Shown here piece by piece: positions 51,401 to 64,000 of a stretch of DNA of 64,000 nt (within the stretch, counting starts at the first letter, position 1; every line of letters begins with the position of its first letter). The stretch comes from Lingula anatina (taxonomy: Eukaryota > Animalia > Brachiopoda). The translations under genes were made by a program, and so were the position numbers. The stretch spans positions 9,610,001-9,674,000 of the forward strand of contig CM120642.1 in the NCBI GenBank assembly GCA_051362555.1, read 5' to 3'. The notes beneath the pieces are model-generated. The model made no database searches. It was not told where the DNA came from and was given only the letters and a program-made list of their open reading frames with translations.

Positions 51401-54400
51401 GCGTATGCACCTCTGTGTCCAGGGGGTCAGTGTCTTGTCACACTGATATAACACCATCCTATGTAAGTCCTCCTGCTGCCCCAGCCAGCTGGACAGGCGG
51501 TACTCACTCACGCTGGAGTATGAAATGATTTTGAAGGTAAATAGAATGAGCTGTTGGTAGGTATTAATTACAGCATAAAAAGTAAAAAGGTCCCCTTTTT
51601 TTTTTTTTCAATACCTATTCTCTAAAACCCAATTTCACCTTTTTATTTGAGGTCAAACAAAATATCATAAGGCTCACTTATAAGCTGGCTACAAATCTTT
51701 GACAACTTTCACTTTTATATACCTCAAAAAAACATTTTGGTCTTCTTTTCTGCAAAGTCATTTTAAAAAACCTTCATTACATATTTTTTATAGTTTATCA
51801 ATAGATCTATTTATGTTTCCAAGGCTTAAATCTCACTAACATACACATGGTGAGATGATGTAAAAGCATGTTACCTGTCTAAAGCCCCAGCACCCAGTCT
51901 TTGAACAATAACATCACTGGTCAGACGTAAAGTGGGCCCTGAAACATATGGGTACAAACTTTGTATTTCATAATTCTGCTTAAAAAGGTATTTTTCAAAT
52001 ATATCTTACATACTGTGGAAAAGATATGTCAAAAAGCTTTGAGGAATTCAGGAAACAGATTTAAGTTTTTTTATCACAAAATAATGATTTAAAAACAGAA
52101 TCAAAACAACATTAAACATGCTATGGACTGGCTGCTCTCATTAACACGCATCAAATGATCATTCAATTTTTTCTGTAAACAAGAATTTGATGAACATTTA
52201 TACAGAACCCTTCTGCACACAATTATCAATGAGCTATAAAAAATAAAACAGTAAGTAACCAATGCTCTCTATACCTATTGCACCAAGGGCATGTTGTAGT
52301 TCTATAGTGAATGTCTCAAGTGGAACATCATCAGTGACAGGCAGCACTGCCACAGTGTTCAGGTTGGCACCTATTGGCCTCTGGTCTACATTGGGATGTT
52401 CTGGAATGGTTTTACAATATATCATAGGTTAAATAATATCAAGTCTGAATTTATTTGAAGCAGAAAGTACTGGAAATTTATATGTATATGCATGTGTGTG
52501 TGTGTTTCTGTACTTCATAATGGCACAGCATCAGAGGAAAAATACAATTTGTATAATTTTCAGAATATTGCATTTTGCATACTTGTAGTCAATTTACCCC
52601 TTTTTATTAAAATTAAATGAGTTGGGCAGTTAAATAGAACATTTCAGTAGAAAGAACAGATGACTTCATAACTATTTACACAAACAGTAAAACCAACAAT
52701 AAACAGTAACTGCTGATGTATAGTTTTCATTGAAAGAATCTTTAATCAAAACAAAAATAAGATAATTATAGATCACTTTCAATATGTACCAGAAAGTGTC
52801 ATGGCTGTCTCTTTGTGCTCTAAACTTCCCAGAATCCTCTGCCCCAGGAGGTGAATAAGGCGAGTGACAATCTGAGGATATTTCCTCTTGATTAAGTTGA
52901 GCAATTCGGCAGGAATTTTGGCTAACTCTGTGTCTCTGTAAAATCAAAACAGCCCAAATATGTCACATAAAGCCCACAAGAAAACAATTTGATAGACATG
53001 CTTGCATTGACAAAATAAAGCTAAATGGTTTCAATTAAACAGTGTGCTTTCAAATTTTTAACTGACTTTCATGTCAAATAGTCTTGTCCCAGTTCAGGGG
53101 ATTTAATTTAGGGACTGTTTACAAACTTGTTTCCTTTACTTTAACCCTACCAACACCAATGACAAAGAGAATGTACAAGAAAAATGACCCAAGATACACT
53201 CACCTTACAGCAATACTGGTTGTAGCCCTCTCAGTCTGTGTGAGAACTTCCACTATCCCTATCAGCTCTCCTCTCCCGTATTCACCCACCAGTTCTCGTT
53301 TACCACTCAAGGTTGTCAGGACCTGACGCAGACGACCATTTAGTATGATGTAGAGAGATTCAGATGGATCATTTTGCCTGCAAAATAAACAGTTCAGATG
53401 TTTATTTTTTCTGTAGCATGATAAATTATGATATCATTTCTTATATTTTATACAGTCACTTGATATATTTCTATATTTCAATCCATTACTTCTTATTCTG
53501 TCATATTCATGAAATTTAATTATTTTCTGCTTTATAAGTAATGAATAAGTCGGCCATTACATCCTTAGAAATGTCAGACAAAAGTTCATGTTCTTAAACA
53601 CAAAGGTTCTAATACATATTATCCGTCCTCCTTTAAAAAAATTCTCCTTAATGAGTTGTTGAAAAAATAATTACATCTGTGATGTCTGACCACATTACAT
53701 ATTTGGCATGAAGCACACACTTAGGCTGCATTCACATGAAAATCTATTTTTTAAAAATCTAAATATCTATTTGCGGCATCTAGATTTTTAGATTTTTAGA
53801 AAATAGATTTTTCATGTGAACACAGCCTTAGTGCTAAACTGAGTCACATTCCTCAGTATTATACCCTATAGCTATCTATCTTATACCCTATAGCTATCTA
53901 CTCACTTATAGAGCGCTCTGCCTGCCTCAATCTGCTCCCAGTCCAAAGCAAAGTCAATTTGTCGCACAAATGGAGACATGCGACGCACAAACGTGTGAGC
54001 CACATTTAGTACTATCTTTGGGTGTTCGCGCATGATGCTGGAAAGAGAACATGTTATGTACACGATCAGCTGTCTGAATGGAAACTCACAAACAGTTCAC
54101 ATTATGGAAACCCGACAGGATTACCAGCTTGTTTAAGTAACCCAAACAGAGTAGACCACATGATGATCATTCCAGAAAAATATGCTCATATGAAGTCTTT
54201 TGTCAATTCAAGATACAAAACCATTTTATTTATTGCAGAATTGGATACTTATGGTACCAGAGCATTTCTGTAAATCTACAAATTTCAAAATTCTATTTTA
54301 CAAGCTGAGCCACATTCACCAATTTAACAAGCAACATCTAAGGCAAAGCATCTTTCAGGAGTATTTAGAATACCAGAGTCTCATATACACCTAAAATATA

Positions 54401-56570
54401 TCATATGAGAAGTGTTTACCCATAGAACTCATTCTTGTCTATGTAGACCACCCTGGAGTCTGTCCTGGCTCTGATGGTGAAGAAGGAGGGTTCTCCAGTC
54501 AGCACTGCCAATGTTCCCACCACTTCCCCTGGGTGGGCAATGAACAGAGATGTCTGAATTATAACAACAGAGTATAGTTATTGAACAGAGGGTCCTGGCA
54601 ATGAATGGAGAGAGAAATATCACTACAGAGTACAGTAATTAACTGGGTACAGAGCTAGCAACGAACAAAGGCATCTGAAATATAACAGTACGATGTAGAA
54701 ATTTAACTGGGCTTAAAGCTAGTTAAATATAACAAGAAATAGTAGTCCATTTCCAAAATAGTCTTTGTTCTGAAAATTTCATATGTAACACTTATTCATA
54801 AGATGATTGCCTCTCTGTTTCTCACATGTGCGTGCGTGCACAAGGGGGTGTCTGTGCATGCATGCACACGTGTATGTGTTGGCATCACAGTGCATGTTTG
54901 TGCCCTGATTATTTTCACACAGTCTGTGATATTAACCACTGGCCCCATACCAAATCCCCAAGACCAGTCAACATATTTTGTGAATTCCTACAGTTACTGT
55001 GCAGTGTTTCTACCTTGAACTAGTACATGTAAGTTCTCAGGCACTTGTGGACCAGTGTGTGAGTAACCTGGACAGTGTCTGGGACACACTGTTCACCAAT
55101 GAAATGTTGTATGTTGTGTTAGGTCAACCTACCTCTTCTGTTTCCTTGCCAACCACCTGTTGAATAACTTGCAAAGATCCTGTTACAACAAACATCAATG
55201 TGGCATCCTAAAAACATTTTATGAAAAAACTTTTTATATTTCTGACAAGACGAATACTAACAAAGCATAAAAAAATTGGAACTATCTGGATTAAATTACA
55301 TCCAATCAGTTTTAGCCTTTTTTTAGAAAACTGTTCTTTACATAAAAGCATGCAAATATAATTTTAATGGATAGCTGAAATGCTTAATGTTGGTTGAAAA
55401 CAGACACTTTGATTCAGTCATGAAATATAAACAGTATCAGAATTTGTCTGTTATTAACTGTAAACGCTGATTCAACCACGAAAGTGCAACTGAGGATGTA
55501 GCTTATCATAATCCATACAGTTGGCCTGGCTGTGTTACCTGGTCTCCTTGTTTCACTAACACTGTCCCAGCTTCATGGTACCTTAGTATCAGCTTGCCTT
55601 CCAACAGAGACTTATCCTGAAGTGAAAAATCAAATAGACACATCATCATAGGTTATATATAACCCATTCAAAAAAGATAAAGGAAGAAATAAAAAGCAAC
55701 TGCCAGGACAAGAGAGTAAATATCCCGTTAGAATCATATACAATTTTTCATGTTAAGTTGCAACTCTATAAGCCAATTGCTTCTACTGTGCTACACAGCC
55801 ACAAATTCACTCACTAGGTTTCTAACCTACCTTAATTAGTTCTGGATCTCTTTTTAATCAAAACATTTTTTTCTTTCATGCAAATCAGATTTTTCATGGG
55901 TGAAACCTTTACGCATTTCCAGAAGGTTAAAACCCTTTGTAAGCCCAAAGATTTGTGAATACCACATAAGTGCAAAGCTACAAATTGTGCAAAGCTACAA
56001 ATTCATACAAATAGTTACGGATTGTCATTAACCTTTGAGAATATGGGCCAAATTCCCCAAATCATTACCTCCAGCCCAAAGAGTTTATCACTGGCCAAGT
56101 CCTGCATGGCACAGCTGATGATGTACTCCTCTGTCAGCTCCTGGGAGTTGGTGGTGATGTTGGCCTCCTCCTGAATGTTCACCGTTTTCTTGACAGTTCT
56201 CTGCTTTGAGCTACCCAATGCCTCATCTGAGACCTGAAGGACATATAACTTAATGTAAATACTCATAAATTTCATACACCATAAATGTCCAATAATTACA
56301 CTTTATATTTTTTTAAAGACCTAACATGATTTAAGTTTATTTTAATTTATTTTATTATAAAATTTCTTGAGGGAAAAGGAGAAGGCAATTATTATCAATT
56401 TAGTTCACATGAAGTGGAAAATAACCATGTTCTTTTTGAAAAAAATTAATATCCAGTCTTCACTAAGACAAACTTTTTCAATACCAATTCGGTGCTTAAT
56501 AAAATGTAATCATTAATATGGTACATTCAACTATTAAATTTCTTGTGTTAATATTTAGACAATAAACAAT

Positions 56571-56624
<54 letters not shown>

Positions 56625-59600
56625 GGCACCTGTTTCACAGGGGGTTTAACTCCAGCCTTAGAACAGGCAGCGTCAAAATCTGAGTGCTGACGTAAATCTG
56701 TCTCTAAAGATTCTGCTTTCTTCAAATCTGAAAAAAAATTAATAACAATTAAATGAAAGAACCTCAGAGTTTACTTCAGCATGTAAAAATGTACTTTTTC
56801 AGCAAATGTACCAAATAGAAGTCAACATTTGAACAATGTGAGATGCCTCCATAACACGCACGCATGCATGCACACCTGCACATGCGCGCGCACACACACA
56901 CACACACACTAACCTAAGATTTAATAAGGAAATATCTTGTACAGTCTCTCCAGTGTAATTGGATGTATACCTACCACTCCACTGATCTTTGCCATCATAA
57001 AAAGTTATTTTCTGGACTTTCTCCTCAGTTTCAATTTGACTACTACTTCGTGTATATTTGCTAGGACTACCCCTGGGAGACTGAATTGACAGCACAGAAA
57101 ACTTGGAATCTGATAAGTTTCTCTGGAACACAGAGAAGAAAACATATTAAAAATAAATCTTCTTGTACTTACACAAAATAAAAACAAGTTCATGCCATTA
57201 AGTTAAACTCTCTTTTATTTCATTTTAATTTATTAAAATAAATTATTCTCAGGAATGATTACAGAGAAAACAATAAACCTCATCAGGATCCTCTAAATGA
57301 ATATTATCTCATGACAGCAGGCTCGGCAACTGTTAAAAGTATCTTTCTTATAGTGATTTTATTGTTAAGTGGTGAAACAAGTGACAGAAAAACAACACTT
57401 TTTTTAACAAGCCAGGTGACAGAAGTGACAAAGCAAGGCTCACATATATACCCAAGTATGTATTAAAAGATGTCCATGTTTAAATCATGATAAGTGATTA
57501 ATACACATATCTTATAAATCTGTAGTTTATTAGTAACAAGAGGTATGGACTTTAAACAAGTTGAAGCTTTCTAGGTCTTTTTTCAGAGGGCAGAAGTCAC
57601 AATAATCACAACCCCAACACCTTTTCAATCTTGAAGGCTTTGTGAAAAAAACCACAACCAAAGAAAATATTATTCTCTCTAAAGAACAGTGCTATAAAAC
57701 AATCACAATTTCAGGTTACTGTGCATTTAACTTAAGTAGTGTTAAAATGAAATGTGAAAAACCACATCAAACATATCTGCATTATTGAGACATCATTACA
57801 TTCTCAAGCTCATCTCTGTTCTGCATAATGCTAACAGAATGCCTGCGGGGGCTACGAGGAGGTGAAGCGTTGCCGCTCAGATGACGCACACTCATGCGTC
57901 TGGAGTCTTCATGCGTATGCCTCTGTGATATAATAATGCAAATTTGGATCAATTCCTTTGATATGGCAGAAGGACATGGATAAAACATTCTACCCTTCAC
58001 CACTAAGATAAAAACAGCATGCTATAAAATACCCACATCTCCCATCATGCATGTGTGACCAGCACCGCCACCATCTTCATAAAATGCATTGTGCCAGTTC
58101 AATACTATTGCATTGTTATCTAGCCATTCCCAAATAATCTTCCATGCAATTCCCTATTTTTTCAACTGCCCTTTTGACCTCCCTATTGCAATTTCAACAT
58201 TTTTTCTTTTTTCTTTGAATACTTTCCAAATAATATTTTGTCAGGTCTAAGTTTTTTTTTTGAAAGGATTTTTCCACAAGCATTCATTGTTTTAAAAAGA
58301 AACAAAAAATCATCTTGAAGGTTTTCAGAAGTTTTAGGTGCTCACAAACTATCAATATGCTGGTCTATATAACCCAAAATGTAAGTGAAATTTGACTTCA
58401 CAACCACTTTTGCTGGTCTTTGCTTGAAATGAAAGGTTTTCTATTGAAAAAGGCTTCTTTCAGCAAGATAGCAATTTCATTATATAGCTAATAAATGTTA
58501 CAAGCATCCAATAAAACTTGAGTCATTAGAGAGGAAAATTATTCAAATGAGGAAAAAATGAGTTCTTGTTTTTCATTATTCATCAAAAACACTGATAAAA
58601 ATTTCCTTCCAAAAACCAAGCCCCTGAAATATCATAACATTAAATGAATGCAGTTTCCATACCCGAGGAGGCCACTTCTGGCTGAACATCTGAGAAAAGC
58701 AAATTCAACATGTGCTGTTATCATCATCTTTCAAAATAAACATATATTATGATATCATTACTCAGAAATTAAGTGACAGTTCACTAAATCTGTAAACATA
58801 CACTATTTAGTATAATGGTATAAGTTTTGTATAACATTTATCACTACTTCCCTTTCTTCCATACCCCTTCTTCTTTCAATTTCTCATAATCCTTTATTAA
58901 TCCAGTCTACCTTAAAATTTGCCCTTAACACACTGGAGAGTAAATTTTTATACCCCCCCCCCTTCTTTTTAGTTTTGCTTGCCCTGTCCCAGAAGGGGGT
59001 CTACCTCCAAGCAAATCACAACACATACATTTCAACTTTTATCTACTAGCATTGCCAATTAAAAAGTTCACTATAACTAAATCTAAGGCATAAGCCTGCA
59101 ATATGTAAATGTTATCTAATATATATTTATAAATCTTATTAGTAACTAAACAACCAAAGATGATTATGTAAATAGAACATACACCTTTTTTTTATAATAT
59201 TTAAATAGACAATCTATAAGTGCTATATGTACTTACAGGATTGATCAGTTCGTGGCTGAGTCCAAGGTAGTTGTGGAGTGCCATGAATGTAACTCTCTGC
59301 ATCCTAACCATAATAACCTGCAATTATTAAGTTAGAAAATTAGTATTTGAATGCTACCCACTTTTTCAACATGACCATGCTCTTAAAAATTCAAAATGAA
59401 AAGAGAAAGAGAGATAAGAAGACGTCACTGAAAATCACTCATACAAAGCTGAGGTAAATCATAATTATTTTTCAAAATCCAAAAATTCTCTTTAAAAATT
59501 GCACTCTCACCTGTACAATCCTGATAATGGACTCTGGGAATCTCTCAAAGATGGAATTGAAGGCATTTGCTGGCAATCTAAAACAGCAACACCAAACATT

Positions 59601-62600
59601 TTAACCTAAATCTTAAATAGAAGCTTTTATATTGGTGGTAATATTATCCTCAAGTACTATAGCTGCTGGGATAGAGATTGAAACAAGAAAATGGACTTAT
59701 TAACGAAGCAAATTTTCATTTCAACTTACAGGTCTTTCACAACATTTTGAGATTATGACAAACCAATCTTTATATTACATATTCTCCTTCTCTCCTGCAG
59801 TTTGGATATATATATTTTTTATTTTCACGTGATTCTGAGAAAATATCAAAGTTTAGATAAAAAGCCAGCTCATATGGTCCCATGTTATATTTATTTAACT
59901 CACTTGAGTACTGTTGAATCTACGGCAGCTTTGGCACACACAGTTTTGTAAGGAGCTGGATGCCCCTATATGACCAGAAAAAACAATACATTAAAATACA
60001 TAACTAGGCCTACCACACTTACTCATTATACTTAAGTTAAGCAATTTTTAATAGCATTGCCATCTCACACATGTGTTTATGTGCAAATTTGTGTGCACGT
60101 GTCAATGTCAGCATATGTGTATATTCACATGTAAAATAACCATCATGCCTTGCACAATGATCTAAGCAAATATAGAACTATCCTACACATATTACTCAGA
60201 ATACATACATAATTTTCAGGAATTAGAGAGAACATGAGGATAAGGGTCCATATATCATTAATGCAGAGACATTTAAATTATTCATTTTGTCACTGTATTA
60301 TCTCCATTGAAAAGAAAAACATCTTTTACATAAAGCTGAACAAAGATGGCATGATATGAGTGATCAAATTTAGAAGGTCAAATATTCTATGTAAAATGGC
60401 ACTTGTTGGTTGTCCTACCGTGAGTACATCAAGAATACTGAGCAAACTGTGAATGCTCTCCCCTGTTTCCACATCTTTAATTGTGTGTTCTGTACCATCC
60501 TGAATACGAAAAGTGGGAGAAAAAAATAATTAAATGTCACAATCAGTTAATGTTTATATCGTATCCTTTTACTCTTCTATTAACACCATAAACTTTATTA
60601 AGTAAGTTGGTGGATTTACACAGATTACTTGAGCCAGAGGACTGCAAGAGTCAACGATCCAGTTTTAAATCTACGAACTGCAAAACTGCTAACATCAAAT
60701 ACCGATTCTTCTTCAACAAATAACTATTTCCAATATAAATTATATCATATTATTATAATAACTTACTTTTCTTACTTGCAATTAACCATTTTATCTCATT
60801 CTGCACAAAAATATGTATTACTCCTTACCAAAATCATCACTAGGGCTTTTTCAGATACTAGTGGCCCAGTTAAAAAACACCTAGCCTAGGGCCAAATATG
60901 ATAATTATTATGATGAATTCCATACACTGCTTTTATACCTGTTCTGTGATGAATACCCTTATCTTTCCATTCTGCACCACATAAATGCTGTCATCGCTCT
61001 CTCCAATCTTGAACAGTAAGTTTCCAGATGCCACAAACTTACATTCCATGTGCTTGCATAGTTCCAGGAAGATGGGGCGTTCAAAATGACCAAACACCCT
61101 GAAACAGGACTTTACTGAATTAAGTGACATTTGAAAAAATAATTGCTGAAAATAAAGACCCCTCAGAAAAAAAAAAAAAAAAAAACAAATAATAAGTTGC
61201 CTTTTGTTGTCAGTCTGCCAAAACATCCCATTTCTCTTAACATCAATGCTTAGTTCATTAAATTGCCTATCAATAATTAATAAACAAAACTCTACCTTGT
61301 TATTCCAAAGTACTTTACCAAGGCTATTAAATTGCTACACAATGTTCAGTCAATATTTGATACAAATGGCACTAACCTGACACTCTTGAGCATAAAGAGT
61401 ACTTCCGGGGGCAAAAGGAGATCACTTTGTTGATCCTCCAAATCTGCCTCCAAGAATGACTGAGGTGGCTCTGTATTTTTCAGCTGAGGTTTGCTTTTCT
61501 CACGCCTTTGTAAAAACCTGTAATACAGAGAGCAGAAGAGTCATACGATAAGTTGCAAGCATGCTATTGAGCTGTATGAACTATTGTTGTTTCCCTTGCA
61601 ATAACAGAGGTAAATGAGGGTATGTGGCTCACTGTTATACCATCATAAAACAGTTGAACTTCCTGAAACTCAAATATACTGAAAATGCTCCAATTTGGAA
61701 AAATGTTTAATTAAGGTTTTTTATACTTTGGCACCCCACCATTAAAAAAAAAAGTATGTGGTCTTTAAAAAGACGAAACTTGTTTTACCAGTGACAAATG
61801 TTGTTTTGAGCCTGTTATCATGACAAGTGCTCCTGATGAATGGTCAGTATGCCTTATTGGTAAAAAAACAAGAAGTCTTTTTCAAAAAAAAATATTTTTT
61901 CACATCTGTTCATAATAGTCAAAAAGAAAACCAACTTCACTGTTACTGTATATGCGTATAGTTCCCCATGACAGTGTGCACTTACTGCTTAGCTAACTTC
62001 ATCACAATCTGCCTTTTCTTCAGTCCTTTCTTTTCCATCTTTAAGTTTTTGGCAGTAAAAGAATTCACCTAGAACATGAAGTACAAGAAAGTGAGCCAAT
62101 TTTGGTGTTGGTTCAAGATTAATTTACATAACAACTGGAAATTAAGGTAGACTTCTAGCCTGTTTGGGCATAGCTTTATAAAATATTATTTATCAAATTG
62201 TAATGTTGTCAATACTGCCCATCGTCCACAGTAACAATGCACTTTATCGATTTTGAAAAAGTTTGGGCTTTACCCTTTACAGTAAAACTCACAAATCTTC
62301 AAATTTCTAGTTCCTTACAAAAATGTTTAGGCTTCCAGCTAACAAAATTTGAGAAGCAATTGCTGTGAAATTATATTCCAGTAAACAAAATACTAATGTA
62401 GCTTCTTCTTCTTCTCTCTTTTTTTTTTTTTGAAAATAAAAATAAAATAACAAAATATTACTGTAAAAGAATCAACAGATGATTGATGGTATCTTTGTTA
62501 AAAGCCTGAAATCACCATTTTCTATGTCACAGACAATAATGAAGGTCTATATTCTTCATTAATAAATAAAGTTCAAATGTACCTTACCAGTATATAAAGG

Positions 62601-62933
62601 AAAGGTACATGGAAACAATTTTAGTTTTACACAGTCAAGAACTGCACAAACAAAACAAGATCTCTTGGACAAGTTAACTGGCAATAACAGAGATGAACTT
62701 CACAACAGACTTGAAGACACAGACACACAATACCTGTCTCTAAGATAACCCCTGATCACAACCTAGAACATATTGAAACAAATAGTATGTGACCCATGAC
62801 CCATTGTTACAGATTACAATATATATATATACAGCATTTACCTTTCGCATAATCTTTTTTCCATAAAACATGAATCTGTCTCTCTTTCTAAATCTGTATT
62901 TGGGGCCCCTTAAACTGGGAATGCCTGAAAATC
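28346..62933 (-). CDS. PNPLA7: Neuropathy target esterase / patatin-like phospholipase (PNPLA6/PNPLA7, swiss cheese family); spliced CDS, 5' end outside window
   Basis: Exons join in frame (transcript order): 62842-62933, 61986-62068, 61377-61517, 60939-61098, 60419-60499, 59904-59965, 59511-59577, 59237-59317, [58663-58689], [57800-57922], 56975-57122, 56630-56727, 56069-56233, 55539-55616, 55133-55207, 54420-54553, 53906-54037, 53204-53377, 52790-52935, 52275-52400, 51875-51938, 51344-51512, 50863-51051, 43204-43322, 42612-42768, 42185-42248, 41601-41723, one of three 117-nt exons, 38290-38438, 37756-37908, 37328-37441, 36841-36937, 28694-28878, 28346-28432. Family motifs: [89 protein letters not shown]. 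The invertebrate gene is co-orthologous to PNPLA6 and PNPLA7. Confidence 0.95.
28694..28878 (-). CDS. PNPLA7: NTE penultimate exon, highly acidic tract
   Basis: [42 protein letters not shown]...HR; phase 1 start matches exon 36841-36937; gtatgt donor. Confidence 0.8.
31140..31189. repeat. (TA)n microsatellite
   Basis: Directly visible; others at ~12804-12841, 34427-34467 and 38960-39010. Confidence 0.95.
31190..33293. mobile_element. Non-autonomous TIR element inserted in a (TA)n tract
   Basis: 21-bp perfect TIR CAGTCATTCTTTGCTAGTGGT / ACCACTAGCAAAGAATGACTG flanked by (TA)n; family A sequence resumes after it; no transposase ORF seen. Confidence 0.8.
35380..36270 (+). repeat. Satellite array, ~146-bp unit, about 6 copies, inside family B
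   Basis: tgacctttgacctactttt recurs at ~35481, 35627, 35772, 35918, 36060 and 36194. Confidence 0.9.
39453..39569 (-). CDS. PNPLA7: Duplicated catalytic-Asp exon C ([39 protein letters not shown])
   Basis: 117 nt, phase 1-1, tttttctag acceptor, gtacat donor, DGG motif; closest to the vertebrate NTE sequence as I recall it. Confidence 0.9.
39631..39747 (-). CDS. PNPLA7: Duplicated catalytic-Asp exon B ([39 protein letters not shown])
   Basis: 117 nt, phase 1-1, tttttacag acceptor, gtattt donor, DGG motif. Confidence 0.9.
39877..39993 (-). CDS. PNPLA7: Duplicated catalytic-Asp exon A ([39 protein letters not shown])
   Basis: 117 nt, phase 1-1, ctttgtag acceptor, gtaaac donor, open frame, DGA motif. 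Confidence 0.85.
42612..42768 (-). CDS. PNPLA7: NTE exon with catalytic serine (GxSxG)
   Basis: [52 protein letters not shown]. Confidence 0.95.
43204..43322 (-). CDS. PNPLA7: NTE exon with patatin glycine-rich oxyanion loop
   Basis: [40 protein letters not shown]. Confidence 0.93.
44040..47965 (-). mobile_element. Family A element (inner), nested in the same orientation
   Basis: Complete termini; five ~160-bp repeats; inserted in the A-run of tcaatatttg-aaaaa-tgatgacagt. Confidence 0.85.
48367..48437. repeat. (TA)n microsatellite
   Basis: Directly visible, at the same internal position of family A as the tracts at 12804, 34427 and 44892. Confidence 0.95.
53724..53827. mobile_element. ~100-bp Harbinger-like MITE in an NTE intron
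   Basis: tta|ggctgcattcacatgaaaatctatttt ... aaaatagatttttcatgtgaacacagcc|tta; near-complete hairpin with TTA TSD. Confidence 0.8.
56573..56622. repeat. (GA)n microsatellite just downstream of an NTE donor site
   Basis: Directly visible. Confidence 0.95.
57800..57922 (-). CDS. PNPLA7: Candidate cassette exon in the NTE inter-domain linker ([41 protein letters not shown])
   Basis: 123 nt, phase 0-0, cacag acceptor and gtaatg donor; GC- and CpG-rich open frame within an AT-rich intron. Confidence 0.6.
58663..58689 (-). CDS. PNPLA7: Candidate 27-nt microexon of NTE (MFSQKWPPR)
   Basis: ttgcttttctcag|ATGTTCAGCCAGAAGTGGCCTCCTCGG|gtatgg; phase 0-0, matching the flanking exons. Confidence 0.55.
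60939..61098 (-). CDS. PNPLA7: NTE exon, start of first cyclic-nucleotide-binding domain
   Basis: [53 protein letters not shown], bounded by AG and GT. Confidence 0.93.
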
Positions 62934-64000
62934 CTGAAAACAGGTGCAATTATGTTGAAAACATATTGTAACAAATACACCACAGAGATGGTGATTTGGT
63001 AAACAAAATTATGATACAAAGCATGATGCTACGTATAGAAATACATAAAACTACTCAGCCCTTCACATCACTTCGTATATCAAAATTTGGTGCAGTCAAA
63101 TAATAATTTATGAGGAAGTACTACAGATTTTCCCGTTTGGGGCTTATGCCCATTCAGGATGCGAATATAAGAGTGCTTTCATTTCCCCTGTCCCTTGTTT
63201 TTCCATGCTAAAAATGTTGCAAAGACTACATAAGTGCCAATATTGGTATTATTTTTGAACAAATTATTGCATAAAAAACTTGCTTCAAATTTTGGGTTCC
63301 AATTTACACCTGCTGGTTTGCATGGGCTTGTCATAAGGACCCTGGCCCTTAAGTTTAAAGGTGATAACAAATTTCATTTCACTGTTTTCCTATCTCTGCA
63401 CCCAGCAGGGCTCCAAAAGGTAGAAGTTTCACTTTTCATTTCTCCTTTGTTGCAGAGACCGACACATAATAAAAACTACAAACAACTGCATGTGAATTTT
63501 TGGAGCATCTGTGAAATAAATGTCTGATGTCATTTTGTCACATACGTGACTTAATCATTTATAGTCACAGTAACTAAAATAGGCAGCAAGACATTTTTTT
63601 CCACCAAACTGTAAGTTTGCTACATATTTTCTAGCCATTTCACATTATGAGAAAATGCGATGTTGGTAGAAATGTGAACTCCAATGACTTCAAACAAACT
63701 GGATAATTCTCATCCATTTTACATGCAGAAAGCTGTCTCAACTTTGAAAATTTTTTAAGGGTGGATTGTCAGACAATTGCCGAGTTAGTTTGCAAATGGT
63801 AGAGGACATCAATCAGTCTGACTGAAGTGTGCAATACACCACAATACAGTGCAACAAACAAGAAAAAAAGAGAGTCCTGTAAGTACTGGAAATGGTGATT
63901 TCTAAGAAAACAAGACAATTTAAAAAGTGAAATTTATATTTAAAATAGGTAATAAATGTCACTGATGCAGCTAAACAAATTGGCATGACTTGTTTATTGT

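Overview
AT-rich eukaryotic (animal) genomic DNA, probably a marine invertebrate such as a mollusc; this is inferred from gene structure and repeat types, not proven. The right two-thirds hold most of a minus-strand, multi-exon gene for neuropathy target esterase (PNPLA6/PNPLA7/swiss cheese family: cyclic-nucleotide-binding domains plus a patatin domain), whose 5' end lies beyond the window. Its most striking feature is three tandem, homologous 117-nt exons (39453-39569, 39631-39747, 39877-39993). Each encodes the catalytic-aspartate (DGx) segment, and they look like a mutually exclusive active-site cassette with candidate control signals: a 61-nt intron with a hairpin, three UGCAUG motifs and a run of GUGGGU donor-like motifs. 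The gene also has a candidate 27-nt microexon, a GC-AG intron and two candidate terminal exons, one ending in KKxx. At the left end is the first coding exon of a TRAF2-like RING gene, next to a ~940-bp palindrome that appears to mirror its promoter and non-coding first exon. The rest is dense non-autonomous transposon sequence, often nested: Helentron/DINE-1-like elements carrying satellites, Harbinger-, Kolobok-, Academ-, hAT- and Tc1-like MITEs, a LINE fragment and a probable LTR. There is also a 1-kb tandem duplication and recurrent TAGGCCTA footprints. All exon calls were made by eye from splice signals, frame continuity and remembered homology; no database search was run.
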